Below are positions 23,850 to 37,100 of a stretch of DNA of 64,000 bases, piece after piece. Origin of the DNA: Camelus ferus. Lineage: Eukaryota. The notes beneath the pieces are model-generated. The model had not been told where the DNA came from, ran no database searches, and saw only the letters and a program-made list of their open reading frames with translations. Location of the stretch: contig NC_045696.1 in the NCBI RefSeq assembly GCF_009834535.1, positions 25,484,001 through 25,548,000 of the forward strand. Reading direction: 5' to 3'. Position numbers and translations under genes: made by a program. The stretch's first letter is position 1. Each line of letters starts with the position of its first letter.

Positions 23850-25334
23850 TACCCAACCCTATATCACCGTCATCTTTAGTGTTTGATAGTAAATTATTTT
23901 TATTTTCACCAAAGGAATTCTAACAATTTGACTTTACACAAAATTTTACTGCCATTTGTGTCTTTGGTATATTGATCTGGGCCAAATCCAAACCACCAAA
24001 AGGTGATATTTCCTTCTCAAATGCTAGTCCCTTGGGCCAAGCAGCAGTTGGATTCACAATTTTGAAAATTAGCTACCCCATATTTAAGCAATCCAGTTCA
24101 GAAGCAAAAACCTAATTACTTAATTACTCTAGGGACTCTTCAAAATTCAATGCACAGAAGCAGTTACATTTATTTTCAGAAAATACTCTTCCTTTCTAAT
24201 TTAGCTGCTACAGGTAGGCTACACATAATTTGGTTTCTGATTTCATATTTTATTAAAATACACTTAAAATTATTTTAAAATAAAGATGATATTTAGTAGG
24301 AAAATCCATAATTTACTTGTGCTAAAATTAAATGGTCTTCCACTTTGGCATTTTGCAAAATCTGATAGCATATTTATTTTTCCTTAGGTATAAACTTTCA
24401 AATAAACTTTTAATTATTACATTTAAAGCACTATCTCAATTTACTAGAACCAGGACAGAAATACATGACTTTGCCCTAAAGCCTATGTATTTTCACTTGT
24501 ACGATACTACATGTTTTACAAAAAACAGGCCTTTTTTTAAGCCATGGATTTAAGCCATAGTCTAGGTGGGTAAAGTTTGTTTTCATGTTCTGTCGACTAT
24601 AGAAAATATTCCTATGAAAAAGAAAGAGAGAGAGAGAACTAAATTCAAACTGAAATTTAAAATTACATATGTAAAATTATCACTATATCATGTTTTTAGA
24701 TTGCACATTACTCAAAACACATTCCACTACATGAACTATTCTAGGTTACATGAGGGCAATAATCAGTAAGGGAGCTCATTATCTGTGATACCTCTAATTA
24801 CCCCCACACTAGCACTGACCCTATGGTTTAATCGATGCATATTAAGAAAATTTGCTAACAGGATCTTGTTATCCTAATTTTTGCTGTGGAGTTCCATTAG
24901 AAAATCATGTTACTCATCTGAACTGCCACAACAGCATTATCCCTAGGGTACCTTTTTTCACATCAAGGTTAATTTAAAGTCATTTGCATAAGTACTACAG
25001 ATGTTGCTATGGGGATAAGAACTGCATATCTTCTGTGATGGACGTCATATGACTGCTGTTACAGTCCTGGTAAGATTGGATTATTTGTTTTAATGTCATG
25101 CAAAACAAGTCACATGGTAGAGATTAGTATCGTTTTAATAGCATTGCATATTCTGAAATCAATCACCTTTTCACTTCTTCAGAATGCTGTGTATTAAAAA
25201 TCACTGCTTTATGATTGGCCTAAGTAAATTTATCATGTTGTGTTTGGATGTTCAGAATACTTCTTTTAATTGGTATTGATTCTTCCATCTCCCAGGAGGA
25301 GAGAAACAGTAGTTAAAAGGAGAATGGTTATTCA

Positions 25335-25420
25335 CATTCAATTCATTCAACAAACATTCATTGAGAGCTTACTGTGGGTCTGGCATTTTCTATGCGCTGA
25401 CAACAAAATGAAATTTTGTA
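25335..25420 (-). mobile_element. L2 3' tail
   Basis: attcattcaacaaacattcattgagagcttactgtgggtctggca. Confidence 0.7.
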
Positions 25421-27679
25421 GTCAATATTTATTCTGGGTTGTTTTTTTCTAATTGAATCTGGACACATGTCATTTCTAGCCCTGTAAATAAAGTAAAATT
25501 TGATAGAGGACTGAGAGGCAGAGTTTAGGAGTTGGAAAACAGAAGCAGATTGCACCTTGGCTTTAAAAGTCGGTAAGTGAAGAACACCTCTGAAGAACAG
25601 AGATGACAAAGGAGAATCTCAGACATCTATCAGTGGTTGTGGGAGTGGCTATTTCTCTTGGAGAGAATGAGAAATAAATATTGAAATACTAAGAAATAAA
25701 TACAGGAAGAAATATTTCATCATCTGTCATTTTTCTTGCTTGGAACTGGAGAGAGGTTTTTGTAAAGTTGAGTGAAGAAGTCAAGGAGAAAGTAATCCAG
25801 TTGAAGAGTAAGATGAGACAAATAACAGCTATTTCTCACCATAGTCAAATTTTGGTATCTGTGTATATTGAGAAATTACAGATGGGAGGTGGGGAGGACA
25901 CCACCAATGACAAAGGGAAGGTGAGAAAAGTGTTTAGATGAGCCCATTCAACTGCCAGATCTGACTCCCTAGGGGTTAGAGTTTAGATTCTGGGAACAAA
26001 TTCGCAGTTTATGTGATTCTCAGTTTTCCAGTACATGTAAGATTATAGTATATGAAATAAGATGGTACATAATTATCAAGTTACTAGAAGAGCAACACAG
26101 AGCGATTTTTCTTAATTCTCTGAAAAAATTTTACATATGTCTGTGACACTATTGATTACTAACATAGCGAAATGTTTCTTAGACAATTTTGTAGTTTTCA
26201 ATCTCACATTATTATTAAGGGCTGGGATATAAGAAGAATATTAAAAAACAGATACTTGATACTTAAAATGGGATATTTAATAATGCCAAATGATTTCTAA
26301 AATGCCATTTTCACTGTCATTTTTCATTGTAAGTTTAAAAAATTTTTTGTGAAATGCAAATTTGTTCCAACTCTTAAATTTCTTGAGCAAATGTAGCAAA
26401 TTCTTGAAACTTTTCTCCTAAAGTCTTTAATCAAGATCCTCATTATTTCCTATAATCTTGGTCCCAAAGAGCAGACGATAGTAGCTATGATAAAAATTTT
26501 TACTGCCTTTAGGTATAATTATCAAAAATGCATTGCAATTTCATAACCTCTGTAGAGATTTTTCCTGAGACAATGCCCAGTGTAGCAGCAGGGAGGAGGC
26601 CATCAACTCTCCTCCGAGAAGGCTCTGTTTGTTCCTAGAATTATTTAATTAAATTACTTAGTGATTGTAATCAAGTTGATGTTTCAATGTAGCAAGTAGA
26701 GCAGGAAATATCCTTGTACCTCAGACTGTCGCATCAATATACACTTTCCTCTAGCTTATCCTATTTCCTTTGCATCAACCTTGATAAGTGGCCATCAATA
26801 ATGCACTGAAGCATCTTTAGTGATAGTGGATTCACTTCCTCCAGCAGCATCCTGTTTCATTTTCAAAAGCATTCATTTAATAGCAGATTATTCCTTAGGT
26901 TCAATCCATATTTGCCCTCATAAAACTTCCCCCGTTAGTCCTAGGTATGGTCTATCTGTGTGTCTGGCAGTTATCAAATATTTAAAAACACTTACCAAGT
27001 CCCACCATCACTTCAAGGTCTAAATATGTAAAAGTAAATTCATTTACTCTTACTCCATAGATGTTTTTTTCTACCTTCCTTCTTTTTGTAGTTTTAGAAT
27101 GTTCCCTACCATCAAGCAGCTGACAATCTAACTGGATTTTTTAAATGTTAAATATAAATAATGTAATCAACATATGACTGGAATTATGAAATTCTTGATG
27201 TAGCCTCCCTGGATGGTTTTGTTGTTGGCTTTTCATTATATTTTAGTTTTACTCTGTATCTCACAATGAGTCTTCACCATAATAGTTGGTGAAGGTTTAT
27301 CATGTGTCTCCTTTACAAAATAACCACTGTAGTGTCTCTTCAGATGCAGTTCCCTCTCATATGTCGCATGTTTAATGCATACACCCTTTCAAGAATTTAT
27401 CCATAGCATACAGGGAAAAAATTTAAATTATAAGAAATAACATATTTTTGTGCTAATATCTTCTAAATATTTCCAATTAGAATGTAATGAATAAATTAAT
27501 TGATAAAGAACAATACAGATTAGAAGTGTATTATCTAGAATTCACTAAGTAACAACTTTTATTCTGACCCTTAAATTGGTACTATTATGCACATGAAATG
27601 AGTTGTCTAGGGGGAAATCAGCTTGGAGGAAATAGCCAAGACTGTTCGGGTGCCAAGTTTTAGCTTCAGCTTTATTTTT

Positions 27680-28670
27680 CATGTATTTAATACATTACTA
27701 ATTATTGAACAAGTCATTCATGCTTCATGCTATGGTAAAGAGTCAAAAAACAATAAGCCTCTCACAAACCTAACAGTCTACTGAGAGCAGGGAGGAGGGA
27801 ACCCAGTTGAGCAAGCAATTATAATGCAGTATGGTAACTATCATATTAATAATTCTATTATGAACCCATATGGAATATATGACCCATATTTGAGTGGATC
27901 CCAGAGGAGGTGATATCTCAATCTAACCTGAAGAAACAGAGAATGGATTTTCAAGGTACTAAAAGTAGTTCCATTGGGTTCTATCTGGTTAGTTCTATTA
28001 CTGAGAGTCTTAGTAATGGAAATACAAGCTATTAATCTGGAAACAGATCATGCCGTGTCTTGTAAAATACATTAAGTAACTTTGGACCTTAAGAGCAATA
28101 GGGAGTCATTGAAGGATGTTAGTAAGGGAGGACTTGATTCTGGATGCCTTGAGCAGCAGGTGTGGTGAATGGTCAGATAAGAAAGTGTCAGAATAGAGAT
28201 CTGATGTGTCCAGTTAGGAAGATTGGATGTGAAGATGTACAGGACATAAATAACAACTCAAGATCTTGAGAGGGAACTTGCATAAAGATATAAATTTGAG
28301 TCATCAGCATATAAATATAAATGAAGGACTAAAGGATTGTTTCCAGTCTTTCACAAATCATAATTAGAGTGAGAAAAGGATCAAAAACAGAGCATTAAGG
28401 AGCAGTAAGATTTAATGAATGAGCAGAAGAGGCACCTATTGGGGATTCCAAATGGAGAATCCAGAATGTCAGGAGAAAACCCAACAATATGGACTGGAAG
28501 ATGGAAGCCAAGGACAAGTGACTGTCAAGGAGAGAGTAGACATTGTGCCACATGCTACCCAGGTTTTTAATAAGAATGTAGGGACCAATGAATTCAGTGA
28601 CAAGAAGATCATTGTGAACTTGGGAGTTTCAGTGGAGTGTTGGAGTCAGAAGCAAGATACCTCTGAGTAG
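27680..28670 (-). mobile_element. L2 LINE fragment, about 1 kb
   Basis: agagcaatagggagtcattgaagga; gatataaatttgagtcatcagcatata; gtttcagtggagtgttggagtcagaagc. Confidence 0.8.
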
Positions 28671-28869
28671 ACAAAAGAGACACTGGATTTTAACTGGATT
28701 TGTCATTTTCTATTCATCTAAACAATGAAATTCTGTATCAACTGGCAGATAGTAAATGCTGAATAATACCCAGCAACATCATGGGTGTGGGGCGCAGGCA
28801 CCGGAGGACCGTGGGCAGTTAGGGCTTCTCAGTGCAAGAACTTCGGCATGTTTAACAAAGTTCCAAAGA

Positions 28870-29350
28870 TGCACACCAGGAGACCCAGACTTTTACTACA
28901 AGAAATTTAACTTATAGAAAAACTGGACGCCCATTTTATTTTGGTATGACTTGTAATCACACACACAAAATGGAATTAGCCTAGAGAGCTGTTTGGAGGG
29001 TTGAGCTGAACAAATATTGGTAGAGTTATACAATGAAATAGAACTTGTTTGAAAGAGTGAGCTGAATCTATAGATAGAATATGGAGAAACGTTTAAGAAA
29101 AAGAATTTTTTTGAAAAAAGGTAAAGAGTATGAGGAGCTTTTTTTCTCCACTTAAGAGAGAATATACATACACATGTATCTGCAAATGTCGGAAGGCGAC
29201 CCTTAAAGGTAGTTATTTCTGGGAGTAGGTTTGAGGATGTGAGTTAGAATGGGGGATTTTAATTTCTTTTGGGGGCTTTTTTTATGCTAGTTTGTATTTT
29301 TTTTAACATGAGTATGTATTATTCTTGTAATAACAAAAGTAAAGATAAAA
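28870..29350 (+). mobile_element. Ancient L1 (L1ME-like) 3' UTR
   Basis: ggtagttatttctgggagtagg...ttttttaacatgagtatgtattattcttgtaataa then A-rich end. Confidence 0.6.
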
Positions 29351-31189
29351 ATAAAAGGTGTGTGTCTCATCACATATGCTTTTATTTAAACACTGTAATA
29401 TTCTCTCGCTGCCTCCTGTTCTGTGTCCCACTTTGCTGCCCTATATTGCGATTGTGTGTCTAGAGGCAAACCGCACTGTGCAAAGTGCTTATAGGCTGCT
29501 TCCTTATCTTCTGCTTTACAGTGTGCCCCACTTTCCTTAAGCTCCATCATCCAGTATTCACCTGAAATAAGACTGACAACTGTGTAGGGAAACTCCTTTT
29601 ATAGAACGATAGGCTTTGAGCATTTAATTGATTTAATTTTATTTTAAAATGAGCAGGGCCTTGATCTTATGCACGTCTTAATATCAAAAGGCACATTTCT
29701 AAGTGTCTGCTCTGAATGGTTTAGCTGCTTTCTTGAGTTACAATTCTATGGTGAGGAATCAGGGTGAAATCACATTACTGAAGAACACATGTGTCTGGCA
29801 AGTTCCCAAGGCATGAGTATTTATGGCATGATGAGTTGTGAATTTGATGTTGATGCACACACACAACAAGCAGGTGGTTCAAATCTAATTTTGTCACCAG
29901 CAAAAGTGGACTATTTTAAAAAGTGTAAAATGTTTGTTTTATAGAAAATCTTTACCCGAAATGAACAATAAATAAATTGAAGTCAGTGCTATTAACTTTT
30001 CTATGAAATGGAGTAAGCATAAGTGAATTGATATGAAACACCCATTCTAGGAGCTATGGAAACAAATGGCAAAGAAGGAAAGAGGATAGGATGACAAATG
30101 CTTGCAACTTTTCCAGAGCACTTTTCAATAACGATATATCAAGGGATGATATGGACTTCCTAAAACTAAGGACATGGATAAGATTGATGGAGAGGTACCA
30201 AAGAACAGGTTGCTCCCCTCCAAAACAGAGATCCTTCTCATCTTTGGTTGTAAATGGCTAGAAACAAGAACATAGTATGCTGTGCTATGATAGAAATATG
30301 CTCCATGTCAATTGGAATAAAACCACAAGTGCTCTGCGGAGGGGTAAGATGAAAAGATTAAAATTCATTAAGATGGCTTAATAAATTTCTCATTACTTAA
30401 ATTAAAAAGTGGAGTTTATATTGACCTTTTTTTTTTTTTGCAACTAAGATATTCTTATTTAAGTAATTACCATAAACATTTGATCAAGGCAGCCAGTAAT
30501 CTGTTAAGGATTTCTGAAAGAAAAGGGTCGTTTAACACTCTAGAAAAGTACTCCACGGAGACATTAGTGTCTCCTATTAGCAATCCTCACCGCTGGGCTT
30601 AGTAGCACATTTCTAAGCTTTATGTATTAAAGAAGAAATTCATCTTCCATTTGTTTTCCCCCTTGGGCACGAAGAAATTGGAGGACAGGTCAGTATGTAA
30701 CCTTGAAACTCCTAACCCTCAGAAAGGAAAGAGGGTTATGTACTTCTATCCCAGATAATAATAAGAAATAAAGAAATAATAACCAAGTAGGTTACTCTGT
30801 CTAAGAAAAAGGGGGTGGGGACAGTCTTGCTGAATTTGAATGGAAGAAAGCCAAAGCATACACACTTGATTCAGTGAAAGTGTCTGTATTGCGGCAATTA
30901 ATACACATGCATATTTTAAGCTGTCAGTAAAGAGAATGGGTCATGTTTGATTTCAAGTATAGTTATATAAGCATTTCTAATGGACTGGATTTTTTGTGTG
31001 ACGTTAGTCATTTCCATGGCTAATATTATGATTCTAGGTTACAAAAAATATGTTCATTTTTTCAAAAGCTTTAGTAATCTCAAAAGAAAATAATTCAGAC
31101 TGTGGCTTTGGTATGTGTGAAACATGGGTGTATCTTATAGATCTGTATTGTAATGGAATGTGTATAATTCACATTGTATTATTACATGT

Positions 31190-32280
31190 ATGTAATTTTT
31201 ATTTTCATCAAGTGCATAATGAATAGGTAAATAAATAAATTGTACGTGGCCCAATACCTCATCATCCTTCCCAGTAGAAACCATTTTTTCACCTTTTCCG
31301 TTTTTGTTCTTCTCACAGTCATCTCCAAAGTTCTAACAACATGCTCTGCTTTTATTACTCAATTTATCACATTTAGACTTTTTTATTTCTTGTAATAAAA
31401 AGAGCATTTAGCTTATTTATACTTTTCCCCATTTGCTACCCAGTTTTAGGTATTTATGTCAATATTTTTAATCCTTTCACTGAGCATTATTAGCTTTAAA
31501 TAATACAACGAAGACCCTACATTTCTGTCTCCCCTCAATTTTTATCCAGATATCTGAAACCACACAATATGTCGATGAGACTATTAGCACCCTATCATTC
31601 CATCTATCTCACAATCTCTTCTCCCAGACTTTTCCAACTTTTGTAGTGTGCTCTTATTTTTATATTGTTAAGGTTGACAACACCATATGGTCCATAATAG
31701 CCATAATTAATCTTGCAGAGATTGACTTAAAGGTTGAATGTAAATATTGCAATCTATCAAAATGCCCCTAAAGGGTTACAGCCAGTGAAATATTGCCTCT
31801 GCAGCAAATGAGTGCGCTAAGGTTCTGCCTTATTCTCTGTGGGCTTGATACTGTGGCACCTGTACCACTCAAAGGATCCGAACGTAAAGGTCAAATGGAT
31901 TCTTTTCCTTATATACCACTAGTTGCTTAAATCATACCTCAATCAGTTTAGTTCCTACCTGGAATGGGGTTTTTCTGGGAGGCTTTGGATTTTCACATTT
32001 GTACTTAGTACCATTTTTCTTACATTCAGAAAAAATACATTCGCCCACTTTTGCTTCTAAGCTGGTATCTTCCAGCTGAAACTAATGCATGGGGTCCCTT
32101 TGATTCTCTTGGAGTTTGACTTCTACTTTGAACTGATAGCGTTCCAGACTTACTGCTCCGTTCTCCTTCTGTCACCTGGAAGTTTCTTTTTAAAGAATTC
32201 CTGTTCTAGTTACATCATGTATTAAACCCTATGCCTTCCTCATTCTTGATTTTCAGCTTTATTTTGCTAGATTTAAAAAA
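31190..32280 (-). mobile_element. Ancient HAL1/L1M-type LINE fragment
   Basis: aaccattttttcacctttt...ctccaaagttctaacaacatgct...aatttatcacatttagac...gcatttagct resembles recalled HAL1 sequence. Confidence 0.5.
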
Positions 32281-34399
32281 AAAATCTACTGGTTTGCTTT
32301 GGTTAAATACAGTGGTTGAGCTTCAAAGCTTCAAAATAGTTGATACGCTGATTGAGAGGCAGACAGTCTTCAGACTAATTTCTGTCAAGTTGATAGCCAT
32401 CACCATGAAAACTCCACACAGGTGAAGAAACAGGTCCGCTTTTGCTGTTTAAGATCATATATTCAAAATAAACCCAACTAAGAAGAAGATCAACTCTCTG
32501 TTGTGATAATTGCATTTCATGGAACTCACATCCTCATGTGAACTGGAAATGATAAAGTATTAATAGCGTTCCCAGGGTTTTACTTCTATTCCGACACTCC
32601 TCAGTGATTTCATTGTAGTTTAGGAATAAAGGAATGTAACTTATTCCAAGAAGCATGAAAATCTTCAAGTATTATTCAGGGAGTTTCAAAATTACCTAAG
32701 TTAGAAGAAAAAAAAAACATTTTGCCTGTGTTGTGAGGAAGAACATGTCATAATAAAATTACAAGCTGCTTCAACCTACAGCAATGCCGATTTTGAAATA
32801 TTTTATGTATAACAGCACACTGAACCATTAGGATAATGATGCCTCTTCTTTAAAAACGATGTCTTACAAGTATCATGAGTCTTTTCCCTCTTCTAAATAA
32901 CGTACATTTTATACAAAATAAAGTTATATTTATAATGTTGAATTTACACTTTGATTCTCCTCCAAGAAACCACTTTTTAAAAAAGGTGGTAAAGAATGAA
33001 TTGCATCTCTTCCAATCATATTAAGGCTGATGAAGAAACCAAGGTTCTTCACTTTGAACAACCAAGAATTGCAGGATGAGAGTAAGACATATAAAGACAC
33101 TTAGAAATGCTGAGCAGTCATGAATATTACAAAGATATAGCCATAGTAATTAATAGAATAAATTAAAATTTGTTTGGAAGAAACAGACTTAACTTCTTAG
33201 AATATCCCTGCCAAGGATGTTAAGCTTCTGCTTAAACACTTAGAGAGATGGATTCAGTTCAACAAATACTTATCATGGTACCAAGCACTTTGATGTCCCA
33301 GACTCGGGACTACTGCAAAAGATATACAATGCACAAAGCAGGGTCCCTATTCTTAAAGGCTGCCGATCCAAGGGTAGCATCCTCAATCCTTATTTTCAAA
33401 GGCAACAAACAGTTTAGATGATATTTATACACAGGGCATCCCCATGGACATTTGCAGTTTTAAACCCCTTCCCTACCCGCATCTACCAATGCAGGGCATA
33501 GGGATGTAAAGCCATCAGAAATATTTGTTTGATTTTGCTGCGTGATGTGTACTTTTTGTATGTGTCAGTGAATGATAGTCACTTGCTGATTAATAATACA
33601 TTTTTGAATCTCTTTTTTTTTTTTTTTTTACAAATCTTTTATAAACTTTTGAAAATCAGTAACTATTTGACTATTAGAGTGTTTACTTCATGTTCTGCTC
33701 TCCCCAACCCTGGCCAAAAGCTGTTGGATGCTGAGAAGAGAAGGATGAACAGGATAAGCATAGGCTGTAATAAGTCCCGCTGTTCTAGGCTCACGGATAC
33801 AGGGAACTAGTGCATCTGAAATTTCTGAGATTTCTGTCTATAAAATGTAAACCAGGAGAGCAAGTGATAAAATATAATAAATGACTATGTATTGTCTACA
33901 CTGATCTGACCTTTTTTATACAATAATTTTGAATGTAATTTTTAAACTTCATAATGTCTTCATTCTATTGCCATGGCATAAATTCTTCCCCAAATTCTTT
34001 CCAGATTTTTAACAACTTGAGCTTGCCTCTAATTACTTTTTATTTCAGTTCTTTTCTCACTGTAATACTATTACAATGAGTAGTGCTCTCCTTGCATATC
34101 AGCTGGGAATGGACCATGTGCAGTTTTCCAGGACCTTAATTCTGCATTTTAAATTCCTTAGAAGTAATGCAGTGCAGTCATTAGGCTGTATTGCTTTCTC
34201 TTCCTTTGGCCTTTTCTCCTTTCTACAAGAGCTACATAATCTCTCCTGAATTTCCTAATTGAGTTTCTCTTGATTTTCACCAAGTGTATGCCTTTCCCTC
34301 TTCTAACACAAGGCACTCTTTTCTGAATTTCCCATCTGATCAATATTGTTGGCCCAATACACATATATGAACTGATTATAATTCACAAGTGTCTTCCAA

Positions 34400-34760
34400 C
34401 ACATGACCTGAATTACTACTTCTGGGCATGATAGTTTACTTTTTGTTAAGTAGCAGTTGTCAGAATGTTCCTTATATTGAACCCGAATCTATCTGCCCTT
34501 AATACTGTGCATCCTATCTGGTTCTGATATCTCAGGTGATATATATTTACATAATTGGCCTCCACATGTAATTTAGGGAAAACGATCATGGATTTTCTTA
34601 ATTATACTCCTAAATATCACAAAACCTGGTTCTGAGGCCCTTTCATCATTCCACCCTTTTAGAACATACACCAATTCAACCATGTCCATAAACTGTAAGA
34701 CTCGGAATGCAGGGAGATCCTCTAGTTGCATCTATTGGCAAAGAGCTTAAAGGGGAGGCG
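34400..34760 (-). mobile_element. L3/CR1 LINE fragment
   Basis: gttccttatattgaacccgaatctatctgccct...ccctttcatcatt...ccaattcaaccatgtcc follows the reverse CR1/L3 RT 3' region. Confidence 0.55.
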
Positions 34761-34779
34761 GATAACTTGGCTGTGAACA

Positions 34780-35030
34780 CTTTGTGTGTAAGTATTTAAG
34801 TCAGAGGAACCCAAGCACAAATCTCAGTTTGGATGTTAACTGGCCGTGTGATCTTGGTTGACTATTCAGGTCACCTCCCTGAGCCTCAAATTACCCTTCT
34901 GGAGTAAGAGGTACATTATCTACCTCCTGTCTCCTTGTAAGGACTAAATAAGATGTAATCAGCTCCGCACAATGCCTGGCACAAAACAAGCACTCAGTAA
35001 CAGTAGCTTTTTTTATTGTGGTCATTATCA
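34780..35030 (+). mobile_element. MIR SINE
   Basis: ggccgtgtgatcttgg...cctcccctgagcctcaaatt...acaatgcctggcacaaaacaagcactcagtaa. Confidence 0.8.
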
Positions 35031-35363
35031 TTTGTTATATTTATTACTCTTACTACTACTCTGGTTATATTTGCTTTCAGAAAAAAAATGTTACATCATT
35101 ACTCCCTCTAAATTTAGAGACACAAAGAACTCCCCACTTTTTTTCTCCCACATGCATTGCTGCTTCATTCTAAGGTCTCTCTTTAAATAACTATAAAAGT
35201 ACCTTCCATTGCAGTCAATACGTTAGCATATTATTTAAAAAAATCTATCAAACTATTTCTGGCACAGGCACAAAACCAATTGATGACTGATTATTTCTAA
35301 TTAGTTATCTGACATTATTTTATCCCTCTTTTACTTTCTTAAACCATCATAGCCCACTCCTTC

Positions 35364-35884
35364 TGTTACCGAGCCCAAACTCACTCTGCTCGCCACACAA
35401 ACAGGCCACTAAATCGGGAGATAAGGTGTGCGGGCAGGGAATAACAACTTTATTTGGAAAGCCAGCAGACCAAGAGGATGGCAGACTAATGTTCTGGAGA
35501 ACCACCTCCCCAAGTCAGAATTCAGGCTCCTTTTATGCTAAAAGGGGAAGGGGGTATGGTTGTTGCAAATTTCTTGGTGCTGGAATCCTTTGTTCTTGCA
35601 GCTGTCCACATGGGTCAGGTCATGGTGTCCCTGTAAACCTCCAAGAGGGAACAAACATTATTTTCCATTCTGCAACTTTTCATCTTTATGTGAATGCAAA
35701 ATTGTTAAAACCCTTAACGGTCAGAGCCTTGGGAACAGGCTATCCTGTATATTTCAGGCTCTAGGCAACATTCTTTTACAAAAGATGCAAAACCAGCAAG
35801 ACTAAGCCTAGGAAACAAAGCACGGGGTTAAAGTCAAAGGAACAGATCTAATATGGGATCAGATCTTTTTTCTTTCCTATTACA
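35364..35884 (-). mobile_element. ERV1 solo LTR, MER41-like laurasiatherian family
   Basis: TG...CA termini (tgttacc...attaca); 4-bp TSD cttc/catc; minus-strand CATAAAA (~35530) and AATAAA (~35448); ggaaagccagcagaccaagaggatggcagact motif. Confidence 0.85.
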
Positions 35885-36859
35885 CATCCATGACATGTCT
35901 AGATGAAAATCTGGTGGAGGGGCAGTGTGGAGAACATATACCTCAATAATACAAATAAGTGGGTTCAATCCTAAAGTAAATTATTTCAATCCATGGGGGC
36001 TGAAGAGAAGATAAAGGGAGAAAGCAATCAAACCTTTTGCTTGCCATTAGAAACATAGAAATAGAAAACATTAACAATACAGATAATATTTTCCTTTAAA
36101 CTGTTATGACCTCAAGCTTATAATTTTTAGGAAATATCACATATAAACAAACATTAAACAAACATCGTTCCTGTGTGCCTTAATAGGATCAACCTGAACT
36201 GAAAATGCTGCTGCTTTTTTTCTCACAGCCATAAATGACAGTCACTGTTAAGCACCTATTATATGCAAAACTAGGAATATTAAAAAATTAGATTAGTTGG
36301 AGTCAAAAGGCATGTAAAATTAGCACAAGGGAGCATGTATGTATGTGCCAAGTAGTAGACATGGGACACACTTCAGCTCAGAGGATAAAAATATTCTGAT
36401 GTGGCTAAGACAAGCATTCAGAAAATTAGCAAGAATGTGATTTACTTTCAAAATATTCTGCCTATACTTTAACTCGTATTTTTATTACCCTTAGATGCAT
36501 CCACTCTTACCCAAATAGGGCAAATGTTCTTACACCCCATCCTACAAAACCTTGTTATCTTACCTCTCTGCTGCTCATTCACCTGAGGACCTTCATCTCT
36601 CAGCTCTCACATCCCTCCACTTTGCCAGACCTTCTCCACGGCTTAGGGCAACACACATTCATCCCTTTTGGGAAACTTTCCTTAGAGTTCTGCTGGCATC
36701 TTCCTCTCATCTAGCTCAGTGAGCTGGCAACATTTGTGATTGTCTTTAAATCTATGAGAGTGCAAGTCTCTTGAGATGTAATGACATGCCTTATTTATCC
36801 CCTAAGCCCAGAGTCTAACTGACTGTCTGGAGCATCTAGTCACAGAACAAAGGCTGACA

Positions 36860-37100
36860 GGTCATATCATAGTGGAGGCAGACAGACCACATTTTCAATC
36901 CTAGATTCACCATGTTTTTGGCTTTTGCTTGGATGAGTTATTTGACTTCTCTAAAGCTTACTTTCTCCATCTGCAAAATGAGCACAATTCCATCTTCAGC
37001 GTAGGATTATTCTTAGTAAAATTGAAAATAATAGGCCTAAAATACTTTCTGTAACTTCCAGGCTTGTAGCAGATACTCAATAATTGATAGCCATTGATAT
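36860..37100 (+). mobile_element. MIR SINE
   Basis: gagttatttgacttctctaaagcttactttctccatctgcaaaatgag...agatactcaataattgatagc. Confidence 0.75.

Noticed and set aside
26344..26362. SOX-OCT composite TTTGTGAAATGCAAAT
   Set aside because: Spacing fits neither the canonical nor the Fgf4-type composite; a lone octamer is common in AT-rich DNA
29481..29494. caaagtgcttatag resembling the 5' part of miR-17/miR-20
   Set aside because: Match stops after 14 nt, and I see no pre-miRNA hairpin or miRNA cluster
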